Part shown: positions 1-3,435 of the stretch, one piece after another | Position numbering within the stretch: position 1 is the stretch's first letter | Layout: every line of letters starts with the position of its first letter | Source: a virus | Taxonomy: Duplodnaviria; Heunggongvirae; Uroviricota; Caudoviricetes | Virus record (IMG/VR): IMGVR_UViG_2778261688_000003 | Length of the DNA: 3,435 nt | Direction: 5' to 3' (one strand) | Position numbers and translations under genes: made by a program | The notes under the pieces: generated by a model | What the model saw: the letters and a program-made list of their open reading frames with translations, nothing else | Database searches by the model: none | What the model was told of the DNA's origin: nothing

Positions 1-489
1 ATGTTGGATGTATTTACTCCATTGTTGAAACTTTTTGCTAACGAGCCACTCGAAAGACTTATGTATACGATTATCATTTTTGGTCTCACTCTCTGGCTGA
101 TACCGAAAGAGTTTACTGTCGCATTCAATGCTTATACTGAAATACCTTGGCTCTTTCAGATTATCGTTTTTGCCTTTTCTTTCGTGGTCGCCATTTCCTT
201 CTCAAGATTGCGAGCACATATTCAAAAGCATTATTCATTACTACCAGAGCAACGAGTATTGCTTCGTTTATCTGAGAAAGAAATCGCTGTATTTAAAGAT
301 TTCCTTAAAACAGGAAATCTTATTATCACTTCTCCTTGCCGTAACCCGGTTATGAAAAAATTAGAACGGAAGGGCATCATTCAACATCAGAGTGATAGCG
401 CAAACTGTTCTTATTATCTCGTCACCGAAAAATACTCCCATTTTATGAAGTTATTCTGGAACAGCAGGAGTAGACGTTTTAATCGTTAG
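1..489 (+). CDS. sieB: Superinfection exclusion protein B (SieB-like), 162 aa, small inner-membrane protein
   Basis: Complete ORF ATG(1)..TAG(487-489) from the six-frame track. Two hydrophobic helix-length segments (MYTIIIFGLTLWLIPKEF; IPWLFQIIVFAFSFVVAISF) followed by a charged C-terminal half. Size and sequence recalled as matching Rac prophage SieB; not verified by search. Confidence 0.8.
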   Translation: MLDVFTPLLKLFANEPLERLMYTIIIFGLTLWLIPKEFTVAFNAYTEIPWLFQIIVFAFSFVVAISFSRLRAHIQKHYSLLPEQRVLLRLSEKEIAVFKDFLKTGNLIITSPCRNPVMKKLERKGIIQHQSDSANCSYYLVTEKYSHFMKLFWNSRSRRFNR

Positions 490-641
490 CTTACTGTGTG
501 CTTCTCCAACCATCGGCGCGCACCAGTTTCGGTTTTAAATGTTTTGCTTTTGGTATACGTCATGGCAGTGAACGTTCCATCCTGGTTGGGGAACACGCCG
601 CACACCAGGGATTCGTTGTTGCCGAGGTCGATTTTTTGCAT
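486..641 (-). CDS. ydaF: Small prophage protein, 51 aa (YdaF-like), function unknown
   Basis: Hand translation of the minus strand: ATG at 641..639, TAA at 488..486, product MQKIDLGNNESLVCGVFPNQDGTFTAMTYTKSKTFKTETGARRWLEKHTVS. Below the size cut-off of the supplied ORF track. The 51-aa size and position between sieB and ydaG match the Rac gene order as I recall it. Only a weak SD (GAGA). Confidence 0.6.
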   Translation of the reverse strand: MQKIDLGNNESLVCGVFPNQDGTFTAMTYTKSKTFKTETGARRWLEKHTVS

Positions 642-651
642 TTTGCGAATC

Positions 652-786
652 TCACATCTTGTTGCTACGTATAGCGACTTCTGCCTGCCAGAGATCCCAG
701 TCGTTGCTGCGTAAAGCCTGCACAGCCTGGTTGTAAGTGATACCGCAACAATCCATCAAATACTGAACTACTTCGTAATGCACCAT
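652..786 (-). CDS. ydaG: Small prophage protein, 44 aa (YdaG-like), predicted single three-helix UBA-like domain
   Basis: Hand translation of the minus strand: ATG at 786..784, TGA at 654..652, product MVHYEVVQYLMDCCGITYNQAVQALRSNDWDLWQAEVAIRSNKM. Strong SD AGGGGAGAG (revcomp of 792-800) about 6 nt upstream of the ATG. Size and position match Rac ydaG as recalled. Confidence 0.7.
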   Translation of the reverse strand: MVHYEVVQYLMDCCGITYNQAVQALRSNDWDLWQAEVAIRSNKM

Positions 787-955
787 CTTATCTCTCCCCT
801 TAACGCCGGGTGGCGGAACTAACTGCTGCACTGCAAAATTTGAATCCCGCCGTCATGTTCATACGCCTCGGGCTGGCTACTTAACCCCTTACCACTGCCT
901 GGTAACTCGAAGTATTGCCCGGCGTTCTGTGGGGCGGGGTGGGTGGTATGCTGGA

Positions 956-984
956 ACTATAGGTAATGCCTAATTGATTGTCAA
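956..984 (-). promoter_or_regulatory. PL-like leftward sigma70 promoter: -35 TTGACA (984..979), 17-nt spacer, -10 TATAGT (961..956); predicted TSS near 949
   Basis: Read directly on the minus strand: consensus -35 hexamer and a 5/6 match -10 with optimal 17-nt spacing. It points toward ydaG-ydaF and is flanked or overlapped by two palindromic operator sites. Confidence 0.5.
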
Positions 985-997
985 TAGGCTATGCCTA
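960..997. promoter_or_regulatory. OL-like operator: two palindromic sites TAGGT-AAT-GCCTA (960-972) and TAGGC-TAT-GCCTA (985-997), centres 25 bp apart
   Basis: Same 5-3-5 palindrome family as the three sites between racR and ydaS. The sites sit within the promoter spacer and directly upstream of the -35, mirroring the OR arrangement. Confidence 0.5.
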
Positions 998-1094
998 ATG
1001 TTTTGAGCGTAACCTAATAGGTGATGGCGACAGCAGAAAGTGATGGGGGGGTTAAATAACGGAATCCAGGAGTTTTCCGTCAGACCATATAAGT

Positions 1095-1571
1095 TTAAGT
1101 TCCAGTTTTTGTGATGTTCTGGCTTTTCCGTTCAGATTCAAGAGCTTTCAGATACTTACCCACTTTCATTTCCATCGCTGCTATGTAGGCGCGAACATCG
1201 TGGTCAACCCAATCTGGTTCTGTAGCATTTCCAGATAACAGGAAAGCTACAATCGCTCTTATTTCATCAGAGGCTGCTTGATAAAGGTTGTTTATATCTA
1301 AAAGTTCACTTTTTGTATCTGAATTGGTGGGGGTTGGTATGGGGTATTCGTTAAGCCCCCAATGCTCTGGACCAACAACATCAGAAAAGAAACGCCATAA
1401 TTCTGGAAGTTTATCTTTACTTATAGAGCCTTTCTTAATCCAGTCATAAATTGATGGTGGTTGGACTTTAAAGTGGCGTGCGACCTCCGCCTTTGATTTG
1501 ACGGATCCCGATGCGATTTTTTTGTTAATGGCCTGCTCTATCGCTCGGCCTAAGTCTTTACCACTAAGCAT
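1095..1571 (-). CDS. racR: Prophage repressor RacR (CI-like HTH repressor), 158 aa
   Basis: ORF from the track, minus strand, ATG at 1571..1569, TAA at 1097..1095. SD AGGAG (revcomp of 1583-1587) 11 nt upstream. N-terminal HTH-like segment (KAEVARHFKVQPPSIYDWIKKG). Divergent from a Cro-like gene across an operator-rich intergenic region. Size and sequence match RacR as recalled. Confidence 0.88.
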   Translation of the reverse strand: MLSGKDLGRAIEQAINKKIASGSVKSKAEVARHFKVQPPSIYDWIKKGSISKDKLPELWRFFSDVVGPEHWGLNEYPIPTPTNSDTKSELLDINNLYQAASDEIRAIVAFLLSGNATEPDWVDHDVRAYIAAMEMKVGKYLKALESERKSQNITKTGT

Positions 1572-1593
1572 TGCTTAATATTCTCCTATGCGC

Positions 1594-1622
1594 ATTACAT
1601 TAGGCAATCCCTACCCTTACTG
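1594..1622 (-). promoter_or_regulatory. Candidate racR maintenance promoter (PRM-like): -10 TGTAAT (1599..1594) with a poor -35 region between operator sites 1 and 2
   Basis: 5/6 -10 hexamer on the minus strand about 23 nt upstream of the racR ATG, with no recognisable -35 (CAGTAA). This would fit an activator-dependent promoter with a very short leader, but it is weakly supported. Confidence 0.25.
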
Positions 1623-1664
1623 CATTAGGCACAGCCTATTGACAATTGCGTTAGGCGTCGCCTA
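1601..1664. promoter_or_regulatory. OR-like tripartite operator: TAGGC-AAT-CCCTA (1601-1613), TAGGC-ACA-GCCTA (1626-1638), TAGGC-GTC-GCCTA (1652-1664); centre spacing 25 and 26 bp
   Basis: Three 13-bp palindromes (5-3-5) read directly from the sequence. The racR-proximal site is the most degenerate (CCCTA half-site), analogous to a weak OR3-type site. Confidence 0.6.
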
Positions 1665-1668
1665 ATAT
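1639..1668 (+). promoter_or_regulatory. PR-like rightward sigma70 promoter for ydaS-ydaT: -35 TTGACA (1639-1644), 18-nt spacer, -10 TAATAT (1663-1668)
   Basis: Consensus -35 with a 4/6 -10 that retains T at -12, A at -11 and T at -7. Operator site 3 lies in the spacer and site 2 abuts the -35. ydaS SD GGAG (1683-1686) is 8 nt before ATG 1695. Confidence 0.55.
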
Positions 1669-1694
1669 TTCTGTGTGTTTTTGGAGTTCATTCG

Positions 1695-1991
1695 ATGAAA
1701 AAAGAGAACTATTCATTCAAGCAAGCTTGTGCTGTTGTCGGTGGGCAATCAGCAATGGCTAGGCTTTTAGGTGTATCACCTCCAAGCGTAAATCAATGGA
1801 TCAAAGGGGTACGTCAATTGCCTGCCGAGAGATGTCCAGCAATTGAACGTGCAACAAGAGGTGAGGTTCTGTGCGAAGAACTTCGTCCTGATATTGACTG
1901 GTCATATTTACGACGTTCGGCATGTTGTTCGCAGAATATGTCAGTGAAGCAACTAAATGACAGTAACAAATCCTCATTTGATCATACCTGA
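1695..1991 (+). CDS. ydaS: Cro-like HTH DNA-binding protein YdaS, 98 aa
   Basis: ORF from the track, ATG 1695 to TGA 1989-1991, good SD. First gene rightward of the repressor, in the Cro position. HTH-like segment (QSAMARLLGVSPPSVNQWIKG). Size matches Rac YdaS. Confidence 0.88.
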   Translation: MKKENYSFKQACAVVGGQSAMARLLGVSPPSVNQWIKGVRQLPAERCPAIERATRGEVLCEELRPDIDWSYLRRSACCSQNMSVKQLNDSNKSSFDHT

Positions 1992-2013
1992 AACATCAAG
2001 AGGCAAATGATTC

Positions 2014-2436
2014 ATGAAAATCAAGCATGAGCACATCGAATCAGTGTTGTTTGCCCTAGCAGCCGAAAAAGGGCAGGCATGGGTAGCCAATGCAATTACT
2101 GAAGAATATCTGCGCCAGGGGGGCGGCGAATTGCCCCTGGTTCCAGGCAAGGACTGGAACAATCAGCAGAATATCTATCACCGTTGGTTGAAAGGTGAAA
2201 CGAAAACGCAAAGAGAAAAAATTCAGAAGCTGATCCCAGCAATTCTGGCAATCCTTCCGCGCGAGCTGCGTCACCGACTCTGCATCTTCGATACCCTGGA
2301 ACGCCGTGCATTACTGGCGGCGCAGGAAGCGTTAAGTACGGCAATTGATGCGCATGATGATGCAGTCCAAGCCGTTTACCGGAAAGCGCATTTCAGCGGC
2401 GGCGGTTCTTCCGACGATTCTGTCATTGTTCATTAA
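2014..2436 (+). CDS. ydaT: YdaT, 140 aa, CII-position protein of the Rac early-right operon
   Basis: ORF from the track, ATG 2014 to TAA 2434-2436. SD AAGAGG (1998-2003) 10 nt upstream. Follows ydaS after a 22-nt gap. Size and sequence match Rac YdaT as recalled. Confidence 0.88.
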   Translation: MKIKHEHIESVLFALAAEKGQAWVANAITEEYLRQGGGELPLVPGKDWNNQQNIYHRWLKGETKTQREKIQKLIPAILAILPRELRHRLCIFDTLERRALLAAQEALSTAIDAHDDAVQAVYRKAHFSGGGSSDDSVIVH

Positions 2437-2499
2437 GCAAAAGTTTCCATGCTGTTTGTGCTTATTCTAAGCCACCGGGCAGCATCATACGGGGCAATT

Positions 2500-3435
2500 A
2501 TGGCCGCATTACCATACATGCAACTGTACATAGCTGATTACCTGGCTGACACCATGCATTTGTCAGCAGAGGAGCATGGTGCGTATTTGTTGCTGATGTT
2601 CAATTACTGGCAAACAGGAAAGCCAATACCTAAAAACAGGCTGGCAAAAATTGCCCGTCTGACTAACGAGCGATGGGCTGATGTTGAACCATCCTTGCAG
2701 GAGTTTTTTTGCGATAACGGCGAGGAATGGGTGCATCTTCGGATTGAGGAAGATCTGGCATCAGTCAGGGAAAAATTAACCAAAAAATCAGCCGCAGGAA
2801 AAGCATCTGTTCAGGCCAGAAGAAGCAGAAAGGAAGCAGATGTTCAAACAAAACAAGAGAGAAATTTAACAGGTGTTCAAACAGATGTTGAAGTGGTGTT
2901 TGAACATGATGTCAACACAAAGGCAACTAATAAAGATACAGATAAAGATCTAAAAACAGATCCCCCCCTAAATCCCCCCCGGGGGAATCGAGGTGTCAAA
3001 AAGTTTGACCCTCTGGATATTACTTTGCCGAACTGGATTTCTGTCTCGCTTTGGCGTGAGTGGGTTGAATTTCGCCAGGCATTGCGAAAACCGATTCGAA
3101 CGGAGCAGGGCGCTAACGGGGCGATAAGCGGTCGCGAGACGTTACGGGCTCTGGAGGCTAAAACCGGTGCATCAAGGTATTACATAAGCACTCTCGCCAG
3201 AGAACTAGTCGCCAGTGGTGATGTTTACAATTCAGGCTACGGATTATTCCCGTCTGAGCAGGCGCGTAAAGACTGGCAAAACGCCCGCAAAAAACTATCA
3301 AGGACAAAGGTGAAGAAACCGGTTGTGGTTGATCCTGACCTTATCTGGTCATTACCAGACGGAGAAATACGCCGTTACGACAGGCGTCTGAACATAATCT
3401 GTCGCGAGTGCCTGAAGAGTGAAGTTATGCAGTGA
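2500..3435 (+). CDS. ydaU: YdaU-like DUF1376-family prophage protein (putative replication-initiator position), ending at the window edge with TGA
   Basis: Long ORF 2449..3435 in the track. The start is placed at ATG 2500 (M18) because the sequence MAALPYMQLYIADYLADT... looks like the conserved family N-terminus and a G-rich SD-like element (GGGG 2491-2494) precedes it. ATG 2449 and ATG 2518 lack an SD. Start choice is uncertain. Confidence 0.75.
   Translation: MAALPYMQLYIADYLADTMHLSAEEHGAYLLLMFNYWQTGKPIPKNRLAKIARLTNERWADVEPSLQEFFCDNGEEWVHLRIEEDLASVREKLTKKSAAGKASVQARRSRKEADVQTKQERNLTGVQTDVEVVFEHDVNTKATNKDTDKDLKTDPPLNPPRGNRGVKKFDPLDITLPNWISVSLWREWVEFRQALRKPIRTEQGANGAISGRETLRALEAKTGASRYYISTLARELVASGDVYNSGYGLFPSEQARKDWQNARKKLSRTKVKKPVVVDPDLIWSLPDGEIRRYDRRLNIICRECLKSEVMQ
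2837..2919. repeat. Iteron-like cluster inside ydaU: TGTTCAAACA direct copies (2841-2850, 2874-2883), inverted copy TGTTTGAACA (2897-2906), CAGATGTT (2837-2844, 2882-2889), degenerate copy GATGTCAACA (2908-2917)
   Basis: Read directly from the sequence. Followed by an A-rich stretch (2920-2960) and two C7 tracts. Position in the linker of the putative initiator gene resembles the arrangement of lambda ori inside gene O. Confidence 0.4.

Noticed and set aside
128-355. 75-aa ORF on the plus strand in an alternative frame inside sieB
   Set aside because: Fully embedded in the strongly supported sieB frame. Low-complexity hydrophobic translation with no SD; typical frame-shadow ORF.
496-714. 72-aa ORF on the plus strand
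   Set aside because: Antisense to the ydaF and ydaG coding sequences, which have better start contexts and match the expected gene order. No SD upstream of its ATG.
1045-1080. G7 tract (1045-1051) and hairpin ACGGAA-N10-TTCCGT (1059-1080) as a terminator downstream of racR
   Set aside because: Stem is only 6 bp and AT-containing, the loop is 10 nt, and there is no clear U-run on the minus-strand transcript. Insufficient for a confident intrinsic terminator call.
1095-1571. RacR as a LexA/lambda-CI-type self-cleaving repressor
   Set aside because: No S24 peptidase-like C-terminal domain or Ser/Lys dyad context is recognisable in the 158-aa protein. Only the N-terminal HTH resembles CI-type repressors.
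1974-2344. Three overlapping minus-strand ORFs (62, 72 and 82 aa) antisense to ydaT
   Set aside because: All lie within the well-supported ydaT frame on the opposite strand. They arise from the GC-rich segment and have no ribosome-binding sites or recognisable domains.
1-3435. Possibility that the window encodes a novel, undescribed defence or toxin system
   Set aside because: Gene order, sizes and protein sequences match the Rac-type prophage immunity region (sieB-ydaF-ydaG-racR-ydaS-ydaT-ydaU) as I recall it. All substantial ORFs are accounted for by that known locus, and I found no extra gene or domain pointing to a new system. A BLASTN/BLASTP against E. coli K-12 Rac would confirm or overturn this.
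1-3435. CRISPR arrays, tRNA/rRNA genes, IS elements or integrase/att sites
   Set aside because: No spacer-repeat periodicity, no tRNA-like cloverleaf candidates, no transposase or integrase ORFs and no terminal inverted repeats were seen. The window appears to lie wholly inside the prophage.

Overview
This 3.4-kb window reads as the immunity/early region of a Rac-type lambdoid cryptic prophage of Escherichia coli: sieB (+) converging on two tiny leftward genes (ydaF, ydaG), then the CI-like repressor racR (-), divergent from a rightward Cro-like/CII-like pair ydaS-ydaT and the DUF1376-type gene ydaU. Gene identities rest on recognising the translated proteins and the 162/51/44/158/98/140-aa size series from memory; no database search could be run. 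I do not see evidence for a novel, undescribed system: this is a known, if incompletely understood, prophage genetic switch. What the sequence adds beyond the ORF track is regulatory structure. Between racR and ydaS there is a three-site palindromic operator (TAGGC-N3-GCCTA) overlapping a near-consensus rightward promoter. Downstream of racR there is a mirror-image two-site operator with a near-consensus leftward promoter, sharing a 14-bp exact inverted repeat with the first. Also present are a short leader ORF ahead of ydaG, an iteron-like repeat cluster and two C7 tracts inside ydaU, and face-to-face overlapping stops of sieB and ydaF.
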